NCBI GenBank assembly: GCA_026014515.1
Contig: JAOZIG010000286.1
Coordinates: 1-60,425, forward strand
Origin: Candidatus Bathyarchaeota archaeon
GTDB taxonomy: Archaea > Thermoproteota > Bathyarchaeia > TCS64
Length of the DNA stretch: 60,425 bases
Reading direction: 5' to 3'
The notes under the pieces are model-generated. The model was not told the origin of the DNA, did no database searches, and saw nothing but the letters and a program-made list of their open reading frames with translations. A program made the position numbers and the translations under genes. Positions 37,493 to 46,090 of this stretch are shown here, in pieces; the stretch's first letter is position 1, and every line of letters begins with the position of its first letter.

Positions 37493-38488
37493 TTACTCAG
37501 TGCTAAACATGTTCCTCATGCTACGCTTAAACCGAATCCAGACATCTTTTACTCCACTCATACTGATCTTTTGAGGGTTAATCGCCGTCAACCCATTGGG
37601 CTCAATAGCCAATATAACAAACAAGAAAATAATTGGAATCAAACCCTCATAGACCCCGGTATTAACTCCAACATAACTCATCAAAACATAGATAATCACC
37701 TTAGAGCCAAGCGCAGTCATCAGACCACCGATAATCGCGCCAGTGATACTACCAAGCCCACCTAGAACACTCCCCGCCATCACGTTAATCAACAAGGTAT
37801 CACTGAAGTTGACGCTCGTACTCAGCCACATCGATATAATGGAACCTGCTAAAGCTGACAAAGCACCAGAGACAAACCATGAGAAAAAGTGGACAAAACG
37901 AATATTCACCCCCAATCCCTGAGACAAGTCCTCATCCTCAGCCGTAGCCCTCATAGCAATCCCATGCTTGGACCACTTGAGAAATCCCTGTAACACTATT
38001 ACGACCAAGAGAATCGTGCCCGGTGCGATTATACCAATCGCCGGGAAACCATTAATCCTGAAATCATAGTTGTAAAGATTGAAGCCCTGACTCAGAACCC
38101 TATTCTCAATTAGTAACCAGAAGCTAAACATAGCTAGAAACTGTGTGATAATTTGGCTTATGATATAGAAGGTAAAGGTCAACGTGATCTCACTGTACGC
38201 TCTACCCTTAATGGGCTTAACAATCACAACATACAGCACTACGCCTAAAATTCCGCCAACTAGCGCTGATATAGGCCATGTATGATAAGGGTTGAACCCA
38301 TAAAACCTCACCAAATAATAGGTACAAACCGTGCCAATCGAGGCAAAACTCGTATGGGCAAAGTTAGGAAACTTTTCCATCATATAAGTAAACGTGAAGC
38401 CAATGCAAAGCATCACAAGAATGCTGACGTTTAGCGCCACACTGACTATTAGCCCTACATTCACGACAATCACCGAGTCTTGGCACAA
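37493..38488 (-). CDS. Branched-chain amino-acid-type ABC transporter permease (LivH/LivM family), solitary
   Basis: 331 aa and polytopic. It has the FPNFAHTSFASIG motif typical of the family. No ATPase or binding-protein gene is adjacent. Confidence 0.75.
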   Translation of the reverse strand: MCQDSVIVVNVGLIVSVALNVSILVMLCIGFTFTYMMEKFPNFAHTSFASIGTVCTYYLVRFYGFNPYHTWPISALVGGILGVVLYVVIVKPIKGRAYSEITLTFTFYIISQIITQFLAMFSFWLLIENRVLSQGFNLYNYDFRINGFPAIGIIAPGTILLVVIVLQGFLKWSKHGIAMRATAEDEDLSQGLGVNIRFVHFFSWFVSGALSALAGSIISMWLSTSVNFSDTLLINVMAGSVLGGLGSITGAIIGGLMTALGSKVIIYVLMSYVGVNTGVYEGLIPIIFLFVILAIEPNGLTAINPQKISMSGVKDVWIRFKRSMRNMFSTE

Positions 38489-38591
38489 TATAAGAACTAA
38501 GACCTTTAACCCGCAAAATCTGATAATAGTTTATAAAATAACTGAAAAAACGCCCCCCGGTATGGGAATATCTAAAGCCTCATACAGCACA

Positions 38592-38599
38592 ATTTAAAT
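38592..38599 (+). promoter_or_regulatory. TATA-like box (ATTTAAAT) upstream of the FtsZ/tubulin-like module
   Basis: About 40 nt upstream of the TTG start at 38639. A purine-rich AGAAGGGG (38624-38631) could act as an SD-like element. Positional argument only. Confidence 0.3.
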
Positions 38600-38638
38600 C
38601 ACCAATCAAAGGGAAAGTAAACAGAAGGGGCGTTAACA

Positions 38639-39613
38639 TTGAAACAAATTAAGTTACTCTTAGTAGTCACTCTGATATTTTCAACCATACCCATTGCACA
38701 AGCACAGAGCACCCTACCTTGGATAGAAGAATACACCATAACCAATTACAGTACAGGGCAAACAACCCTAGAGTGGAGCTCACAAACAGGAGAAATACTC
38801 CAAAACGCCCCAATACTCGCAGGAGACGAGTACCAGATCACATTCACCCTAAACGTACGGCAAACAGTAGACAACGCCGTACTAACCCTAACCCTAACAA
38901 GCTTCATGACTCAACAGAGCGAGTCAACCTACTGGGAGGTTGGACCAGAGTTCCCACGAACAGCCGACTATAACCCAGCCCAGCGAACCATAAGCCTACA
39001 CCATAATCAGGGTGTATACGAGGTTACAGCCACAGGCAAGATTAGCAGTGACGCTACAATCTATACAGGTGAAGGGCTCACACTTCATAGACCCCTTGAG
39101 ATAACCATCATTGAGCTCGATGGGCCCGTAGGTACTGACTACGATGACATAACGTCTACAGTTATCGATAACAAGATCGATTCATACAGGTTCTTACTCA
39201 ACCAAAAAAAGACGGAGCTACAGAACTATCAAGCCACAGGAGTAGACCCCGCCTATATTCAACTCTACGAGAACTTTGTAGCCCTCAGCGAAGAACAAGC
39301 CGAACAGGGCCTCGTAGACAACGCTATGGATTTACTGAACAACCTTGAGGTGGACACCACGCCAGTAGAAACTGGTCCAAGCTGGATGGAACGATACTTC
39401 CTACCCGCAGTAGGCGGACTAGCATTAATCGCCATACTAGGCGTATTCCTATTCATACGCACTAACAGCAAGTTAGGGTTCGTAAAGATGGTCGTAGAAG
39501 ACCAGATAAGAGAGATGGAGGCACTACAGAGCCGTGCCTCACGCATAGATCGAAACCTCGCACAGAGGCTAGACGAGATAAAAACACGATTGAAGGAGAC
39601 TGAAAACGCATGA
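38639..39613 (+). CDS. Bitopic membrane protein: extracellular domain, one TM helix, cytoplasmic coiled-coil tail (module gene 1)
   Basis: 324 aa. Signal peptide LLLVVTLIFSTIPIAQAQ, a beta-rich then helical ectodomain, a TM helix (YFLPAVGGLALIAILGVFLFI), and a helical tail of about 50 aa (EDQIREMEALQSRASRIDRNLAQRLDEIKTRLKETE). The stop overlaps the next start (ATGA at 39610-39613). Confidence 0.75.
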   Translation: MKQIKLLLVVTLIFSTIPIAQAQSTLPWIEEYTITNYSTGQTTLEWSSQTGEILQNAPILAGDEYQITFTLNVRQTVDNAVLTLTLTSFMTQQSESTYWEVGPEFPRTADYNPAQRTISLHHNQGVYEVTATGKISSDATIYTGEGLTLHRPLEITIIELDGPVGTDYDDITSTVIDNKIDSYRFLLNQKKTELQNYQATGVDPAYIQLYENFVALSEEQAEQGLVDNAMDLLNNLEVDTTPVETGPSWMERYFLPAVGGLALIAILGVFLFIRTNSKLGFVKMVVEDQIREMEALQSRASRIDRNLAQRLDEIKTRLKETENA

Positions 39614-42282
39614 GCGACAGAGGATACAGCAGCATAATACACATGGTGGGACTCGGAGGAGCAGGCACCAACATCGTCGAACAATTCATGAAAGACGAGA
39701 AAACCCTAGACCTCCTCGGACAAGGATCAACACGCCTCAGCATGATGGCCATGGACATCGCCGACCCCGACATAAAGAGCCTAGACGAAACCTACAACAA
39801 GATACTAGACCAGATGAGAAGAAAAGGCGTCCCACAAGACCGTCTGAATCTAATCGCTCGGAGCGTCAAGTTCCCAAGCGCTGAAGCAATGTTTGACTTC
39901 GTCCAGAACAAGTTCGAGGAACACCTACGCAACGAGGGGATACAGATTGAGGAATACAACCCATGGCTACCAAGCACAGTCGCCATCCCCCCGCTAGCAG
40001 GCGGAGCAGGCAGACGCAGAAGCCTAGCCAAGGCAATCTACAACCTCAACTACTACCAACTGGGTATCATCAAGTCCTTCACAAACATGTTCAAGGACAA
40101 CGCCCTGAGCAGTATCAGCAGCCCAATAATACTCCTAGTATTCGGCCTCGGAGGCGGAACAGGCAGCGGAATGGCACTAGACTTCGCACGCCACCTACGG
40201 CAAGCAGTAGGCTCAGGCGTACCCATTATGGCGCTTTGTGTTCTCCCCTGTCCCGGAGACGACCCACCAGCCAAAGGATACTCAGCTTTCAATGGAATAA
40301 ACGAACTAAGTCTACTCTTGAACCGTGAGAAAAACGCTTTACTCACTCATGGAGTGGGCGAGGTCTACAGGAACCCCTTCAACAGCGTCATGTTCCTACC
40401 CCTGATGCCAGCTTACAGCAAGACAGGCAACATCATGTCTGCGCGAGACGAGATCGACAAGATGATCGTCGAGATGATCTATGTCCTCATGGACTTTGAC
40501 ATGGCGGACCTCATGAGCGGAATAGGCACAGAAGTCGGACTCACAGATGACAGCGTCCACACCCTCAGCATGGTCAAAGTCAACTATCCGGTAGATGCAT
40601 ACGTCGAGGCATTCAAGTCAAACCTCGAAAAAATGCAGCAACTCGCCGAGATAAGAAAAGAAAAACTTGAGGTACTCCAGAAACTCCAGAGCGTACTTGA
40701 TCTCAAGAAGGAAGAAGTCGGAGAGATATACAAGGACTACCTCATCAAGACCAACGCCTACAACGCAGAAGATTTCGAGGACAAAGTAAACCAGATTATC
40801 CACGGAAGCCCACGATTCGACGAGGACCTAAACCTCTACGTACGAGGCATCGAGGACCAGATCAACAAATGGATCGATGAAGCAATCCAATTCGTAAACA
40901 CCATCAAGCTAGTCGCGGATGAAGGCACCATCGAGGACAGCGTAGCCAAACTCATCCTATACGATGAGGAAGCCTCCCCAATGGACAGCCTTGAAGGCAT
41001 GATACGAAACATCAGCCGAACACATCCAGAATACAAGGCACAAAAGGCAGCCATATTCGAGCGCCTAGAACAACTGGTACCAAGCAGTCAGAGTCTGACG
41101 CTACGTCAGAAGAAGCTCATTGATGATTTCATGAACCTCGCAAGCATCACAGAGCAAGGCTTGGATATACTCACACTATACAACGAGAACAGGCACCTAA
41201 TTGACGCCATCAGCCGCCGTTACGAGATACTCCCCGAAGAAGACAAGCTAAACGTCAACTTCAAAGACATGAAAGCTGAACTCACCACCATCTACCATCT
41301 CCTGCAGCTCATGATCAAGCCCAGCAGCGACGAGATCAAGATGATAGACGAGCACCTCACATACCTACAGGCACTGATAGTAAAGTTCAGGTCCAGACGT
41401 GAGGAGCTGGAAAACGAACTCATACGGGTTGAGGAAAAGAAGAAACGAATGGAGTTCGACCGTGATAAATACGAGAAAGACTCCAAAGGCTTCAGCCTAT
41501 TCGGCAAGAAAAAATACAACCGAGAAAAACTCAAGGAAATCGAACGCGAACTAGGCAGCGTCAGAGAAGACGAGATACACCTCAACAGTGAACTAGGCTC
41601 AGCAGATACCCTTATCGATTTCTATCAAGAGCTAGCAAAGAAACTGGAAGTCACAAGCGACTACCGTAAACAGCTACAAACCGTGCTTGAGCTATCACAG
41701 GATTACCAGACAAAGCTCAGCGGCATCATCCAGAGCAACCGCTACTATGAGCGAACCACTGAGCTAACAGGCGCCGAGCAAGGCAAGATAATCTACAAGA
41801 TTCTAGCCGAGCAGGAAGACATGCTCAACAGGGAAGGCATCCTTGAAGAGATACTCGACGTAGACCACTTCAAGGATTATATGCGGAGTATCGTCAGGAT
41901 CTACAGAACCCCAAACATCATGGGAATGAAGAGCAGCTACCGCAGCGACTACCTCTGGGTAACAGTCCAGACACCACAGGGGCTCTGGGACGAGGACCTC
42001 ACACAGGAACTCTATACCGCCCTAGCAGGCTACGTCACAGGAGACGTATCAAAGACCATCACTGTTAGGATAGTTGAGTGCCGAGACCCATGGGTCATCA
42101 GAGTAGTTGTAATCGCTGGGCGTGGTCAGATCGAGGACCTTGCACCATATGATGAGATGGAGCGTCTCAACAGGAAGGCAAGCGACTTTGAGAAGAGCCT
42201 GAGCAGGAGCTTCCTTGTAGAGCACAAGGGTACGACTGAAGAGTTGCTTGAGAAGCTTAAGGAGAAGCTAAAATCCGTTTAG
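39610..42282 (+). CDS. FtsZ/tubulin-superfamily GTPase with a very long internal coiled-coil region (module gene 2)
   Basis: 890 aa. GLGGAGTN (aa 14-21), AGGAG (130-134), GGGTGSG (181-187), DFDMAD (295-300), a K/E/L-rich helical region at about aa 330-770, and an FtsZ C-domain-like strand pattern DYLWVTVQTP...TITVRIVEC...VIRVVVIAGRG (aa 780-839). Confidence 0.8.
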   Translation: MSDRGYSSIIHMVGLGGAGTNIVEQFMKDEKTLDLLGQGSTRLSMMAMDIADPDIKSLDETYNKILDQMRRKGVPQDRLNLIARSVKFPSAEAMFDFVQNKFEEHLRNEGIQIEEYNPWLPSTVAIPPLAGGAGRRRSLAKAIYNLNYYQLGIIKSFTNMFKDNALSSISSPIILLVFGLGGGTGSGMALDFARHLRQAVGSGVPIMALCVLPCPGDDPPAKGYSAFNGINELSLLLNREKNALLTHGVGEVYRNPFNSVMFLPLMPAYSKTGNIMSARDEIDKMIVEMIYVLMDFDMADLMSGIGTEVGLTDDSVHTLSMVKVNYPVDAYVEAFKSNLEKMQQLAEIRKEKLEVLQKLQSVLDLKKEEVGEIYKDYLIKTNAYNAEDFEDKVNQIIHGSPRFDEDLNLYVRGIEDQINKWIDEAIQFVNTIKLVADEGTIEDSVAKLILYDEEASPMDSLEGMIRNISRTHPEYKAQKAAIFERLEQLVPSSQSLTLRQKKLIDDFMNLASITEQGLDILTLYNENRHLIDAISRRYEILPEEDKLNVNFKDMKAELTTIYHLLQLMIKPSSDEIKMIDEHLTYLQALIVKFRSRREELENELIRVEEKKKRMEFDRDKYEKDSKGFSLFGKKKYNREKLKEIERELGSVREDEIHLNSELGSADTLIDFYQELAKKLEVTSDYRKQLQTVLELSQDYQTKLSGIIQSNRYYERTTELTGAEQGKIIYKILAEQEDMLNREGILEEILDVDHFKDYMRSIVRIYRTPNIMGMKSSYRSDYLWVTVQTPQGLWDEDLTQELYTALAGYVTGDVSKTITVRIVECRDPWVIRVVVIAGRGQIEDLAPYDEMERLNRKASDFEKSLSRSFLVEHKGTTEELLEKLKEKLKSV

Positions 42283-43407
42283 CATTTGCTCTTTGATGTT
42301 ATCCCATTCATCTTTGTCAACGAGGTTTTGTTCGACATTCATCTTGCTGAACCGTTCGATACGCTGATAGACCTCGTTAAACTTTTTCTTGGTATCATAT
42401 CCACCGACCAATATGATAACATCAACACGATCCCCATACTCATCAACAAACAAAGGCTCACAAATCTGAGGAATATCCACACCTATACTCTCCTGAAGCC
42501 ACTGGGTTACCTCAAACTCAAGCTGCCCCTTCTGGAACTCCTCCTGATAACTCAAGGGAGCCCGCACCAAGACATACACCATCTTCGCTGAGGTGAGTTC
42601 AAGATACATCAACGGCTGCTCTAGGGTGATCTCCAGTATGTTCCTGAAGCTACCGTAGATGTCGAGGCTGCAACCTGTGGCTAGTAGTGGTGAGTAGAGG
42701 TTTACAGCGTAGCTTCTTGAGAGTCTGTCTAGCTCTCTGATGATGTTTTCTTTTTCTAGGAGCATGTCGATGAAGTAATCAATTATGGCGGCGTTCTGAA
42801 GCACGTCACCTTTTCTATGTACTCCGTTGTAGTCTTCCATCAGTCCCTGATCAATCAAGATCAAAGGCGTAGAGTTGTCGATTAGAATCCTCCCAACAGC
42901 GGAGAAGGCGTTATACAGGGCGTCGCTACTGTGGTTCATCGAGGGGAATAAGGCTACTCCGATTGTGCTTTTCTCTTTCTTGGCTAGGAACCGGTGTATT
43001 TCGGGTAGTATTCCTGAGCATGCGCCTTCGCTGATGTTTGAGAGGCTGAGAACCTGTTTATGGTACCCGTAGATGAGGTGTTCGAGTTCCGAATCGACAT
43101 CACTTTTATCATAATACTCCTGCATATCGAACCAGTAGTGGGGCTCGTAGAGGGTATCCGCCATCAGGCTGTATTTAGGGTCGATGTGAATTGTTTTATG
43201 CTGTAAGTCTTTCTTATGGATCACACGAAGAAGCGTATAATAGTCCTCTTCGCTGAGCTTAGGTGAATCCATGAGGGTCTCAAGCGTATACTGTCCTACG
43301 GTAACCACAGCCTTATCAGGGAGAACAGGCGATAATGCCTCTATCTGTTTCCTGAGGCTAGCAAGTAGGTTGATATCAGTGTTCGAGGTCAATGGAGGAT
43401 CAAGCAC
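42268..43407 (-). CDS. Divergent tubulin/FtsZ-like protein with a degenerate nucleotide-binding signature (module gene 3)
   Basis: 379 aa. VVTVGQYTLETL (compare tubulin GQCGNQ), SEGACSG in place of GGGTGSG, VALFPS, ALYNAFSAVGRILIDNSTPLILIDQGLMEDY (compare tubulin PYNA..S.HQL.EN.D....IDNEALYDI), and a C-domain pattern MVYVLVRAP...RVDVIILVGGYD. By-eye motif alignment only. Confidence 0.6.
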   Translation of the reverse strand: MLDPPLTSNTDINLLASLRKQIEALSPVLPDKAVVTVGQYTLETLMDSPKLSEEDYYTLLRVIHKKDLQHKTIHIDPKYSLMADTLYEPHYWFDMQEYYDKSDVDSELEHLIYGYHKQVLSLSNISEGACSGILPEIHRFLAKKEKSTIGVALFPSMNHSSDALYNAFSAVGRILIDNSTPLILIDQGLMEDYNGVHRKGDVLQNAAIIDYFIDMLLEKENIIRELDRLSRSYAVNLYSPLLATGCSLDIYGSFRNILEITLEQPLMYLELTSAKMVYVLVRAPLSYQEEFQKGQLEFEVTQWLQESIGVDIPQICEPLFVDEYGDRVDVIILVGGYDTKKKFNEVYQRIERFSKMNVEQNLVDKDEWDNIKEQMLNGF

Positions 43408-43429
43408 CTAGCACCAATAGGATGGATAG

Positions 43430-46090
43430 ATGGATATGAGTTTCGCGCTATTTATGGACGGGGACATGGGTGAACAGACCGGAAAACTGGTCACATTCAT
43501 CATAAACATGGTCTCAATGTCCCTCGGATTCATACTCATACCCCTCTTACCAATGCCGTTACCATATATCGTGGCTTTCCTTGTCGCATACGCGACCTAC
43601 AAGGACAAACCATACGGAATGATGACAGGCAGTCTACTGATTAGCCTCGGTTTGATTTACCATCTTTCTCGTATCGGGTTCTTCCAGATATTCCAGAGCC
43701 CAATCATGAAGATATTCATTTTATCCATTATTATCGCACCTTTCGCAATATGTCCAGCTATTATCTCGAATAACTTGCACATCATCGCCATTGATATGGG
43801 GATAATTGCTGTAGCTTTGCTCTTCTTTGAACAGTCATTCTATCTAGCGATCCCCTTAATCCTAGTTTTTGCTACCATTTACCGGGGTAGAGGAATCGCA
43901 TTCACATTCATCTACTATGCATTCATTTCGATTCCTCTTCAGACAATTCAGTACCTAAAAACCTTTGAAATGGGAGTTTTTCCTCCCCTTTATACTCCTC
44001 TCACTTTGATCTATCACGAGATTCAGAGTAGTTTAAGTTACATCAATTTAGATGAACTCACAAAAGTCTTTAACAGCATTAGCGAGATTTTTCTATCCCG
44101 TGGATTCGAACGATATGTTACAGAGATACCCGATTATATCGTTGAGGACTTTAGCACTTACCTCGTAACAGATTATATCGAATATATTCGTTCGATTGTG
44201 TTACCGCCTTCCTTTGCTCCAAGCTATGTGATTGATAGTTTCATGCAGTTCGTCGCCACATACATACCTACATACGAGAACTCAGCTGTCCAGACCTATG
44301 TAAACTCAACACTGCCCGGGTTTATGACTCAGAACCTCGATCCAAGTGTTTGGGCTGCTCTTCCCTCCGTAGGTTCAGGTGTGCTTAAATTACAGGTGGA
44401 GGAGTTGTTTCCGCTTTATGTGAATCAGGTCTTTCAAGCATATTTCCGTGAAGCTACCGGTCAGTTGTTGAACTCGGTGCCTGGTATAGTCTTCTTCTTG
44501 GTGATTATGATGGGGTTCATCTCGGCGATCACTTTGCTGAATATGAATATGCCTGACCCTGTGAAGGAGTCTGTAATACCCGGTAAGTATGTCGATGTAG
44601 TGATCTATCTCTTACCCATCTTTGTCGCAGCTGTTACTAACCTCATATTCTTTGTAGCGATTGACAAACTGCGGCAACCACTAGCATTCCAAGCCACCGT
44701 AAATCAAGCCATCATCATAAACAGCACCATCTTTACTGTGCTTTTCTCGGCTCCTGTTAGCTTTAGTAAGTATCTCTTTGATCTTAGGGAGGTTAAGACT
44801 GTTAGAACCGTCTCCTTGCTGGAGGAATGTGATTATCAACAGAAAAAGTTGGAACGTTTGATTTATTTGGTGAATCGGATGCGGTCACCTGTGCCTGATA
44901 ACTTCATTGACCTCAAGACAAGGATGCTCATTGCCTTAGACGAGGTAAAAGAGATAAAATCAAGCACTGAAAGCTCAAAGGAACTTAAAGAGATAGATGA
45001 AAACATCAGACGCATCTACAATGGGTTAAAGGAAAGCGTGGAGAGCTTCGAGACACAGCTTGACGTAGCCCTCAGAGACTATTATATCAAAACAAAGTTT
45101 GAGTATCTTGAAGCCGCCGGAGAGATACTTGATCTTGGACTCGGCGTAGATGCACCCATTCTACCCGAGCTTGATTTTGACGCCCCACTTGAGGAGAAAC
45201 TGGACCATATTGATGGTGTTATTGAGGCTGGACGCGTACTTGTAGAGGCACTAATCGACACTAGTGACAAGATCTACGAGATCATCAGCAGCCTCTTCGA
45301 ACCAAACCTCCCCAAGGATAGTGCCACTTTAATGATCAGCAGGGAAAAACTGGAAGAAGACGAGCCATGGGTAATCATTGACGCGATATTGATTAGCTTG
45401 AAGAACTGGGAGAAACAGTACAGCGCTGACATTGTCAACGCTACACGCCCAATCAATGATAGCGTTGAGACTGTCGTACAACTCAGCAAAAGACGAGGCA
45501 GTCTAAGTAGCCTCCTCGGGGAAAAATATGAGGAGATCAGAGCACTCTCCGAGCATGTAGAGGCACGTAACTTTAGCGCAGATAACGAGAACCTCAGAGT
45601 ATTGAAGGTTATTCTCATCAGGGACACGATCCTGAACACTGTTGACGTGGTGGGTAAAATTATTGGAATCCTATATTATCATATCAAGGACCTTGAGTTC
45701 AACATCAACCTGTTATTACCGCGTGAGGATTTTGAGTGGAACAGGAACCTTACCCTCACGGAGCGTATGAGTCAGAGCTTGGATGTCATCAACAACTATG
45801 AGCAGTACCGGATTGATGAACTCATCAGCCACCTTTACAGGGTACTCAGCTATATCGATGAAGCTGTAGATACCATCGAGTATTATAATGAGCGCAAGGA
45901 GATGCTTCTCAACTACCCGGTGTTTGAGAAAAAGATCACCCGAATACTTGATGAGAAGGATGAAGTGAAGCTTGATGAACTAGGGGTCTCTGAGAAGTAT
46001 GGACGCGAGTACCTGAAGATGTACATCAGAACCACGTATAGTCCACTGCGGCTTGAGGAGACCGCGGACAGCATAAGGAGGAGCATCTAG
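43430..46090 (+). CDS. Large polytopic membrane protein with a helical cytoplasmic C-terminal domain of about 430 aa (module gene 4)
   Basis: 886 aa. Multiple hydrophobic helices in aa 20-200 and 345-445. The C-terminal half is E/K/L/I-rich and helical. I recognise no catalytic motif. The choice among Met 1, 3, 9 and 13 as the start is uncertain. Confidence 0.7.
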   Translation: MDMSFALFMDGDMGEQTGKLVTFIINMVSMSLGFILIPLLPMPLPYIVAFLVAYATYKDKPYGMMTGSLLISLGLIYHLSRIGFFQIFQSPIMKIFILSIIIAPFAICPAIISNNLHIIAIDMGIIAVALLFFEQSFYLAIPLILVFATIYRGRGIAFTFIYYAFISIPLQTIQYLKTFEMGVFPPLYTPLTLIYHEIQSSLSYINLDELTKVFNSISEIFLSRGFERYVTEIPDYIVEDFSTYLVTDYIEYIRSIVLPPSFAPSYVIDSFMQFVATYIPTYENSAVQTYVNSTLPGFMTQNLDPSVWAALPSVGSGVLKLQVEELFPLYVNQVFQAYFREATGQLLNSVPGIVFFLVIMMGFISAITLLNMNMPDPVKESVIPGKYVDVVIYLLPIFVAAVTNLIFFVAIDKLRQPLAFQATVNQAIIINSTIFTVLFSAPVSFSKYLFDLREVKTVRTVSLLEECDYQQKKLERLIYLVNRMRSPVPDNFIDLKTRMLIALDEVKEIKSSTESSKELKEIDENIRRIYNGLKESVESFETQLDVALRDYYIKTKFEYLEAAGEILDLGLGVDAPILPELDFDAPLEEKLDHIDGVIEAGRVLVEALIDTSDKIYEIISSLFEPNLPKDSATLMISREKLEEDEPWVIIDAILISLKNWEKQYSADIVNATRPINDSVETVVQLSKRRGSLSSLLGEKYEEIRALSEHVEARNFSADNENLRVLKVILIRDTILNTVDVVGKIIGILYYHIKDLEFNINLLLPREDFEWNRNLTLTERMSQSLDVINNYEQYRIDELISHLYRVLSYIDEAVDTIEYYNERKEMLLNYPVFEKKITRILDEKDEVKLDELGVSEKYGREYLKMYIRTTYSPLRLEETADSIRRSI

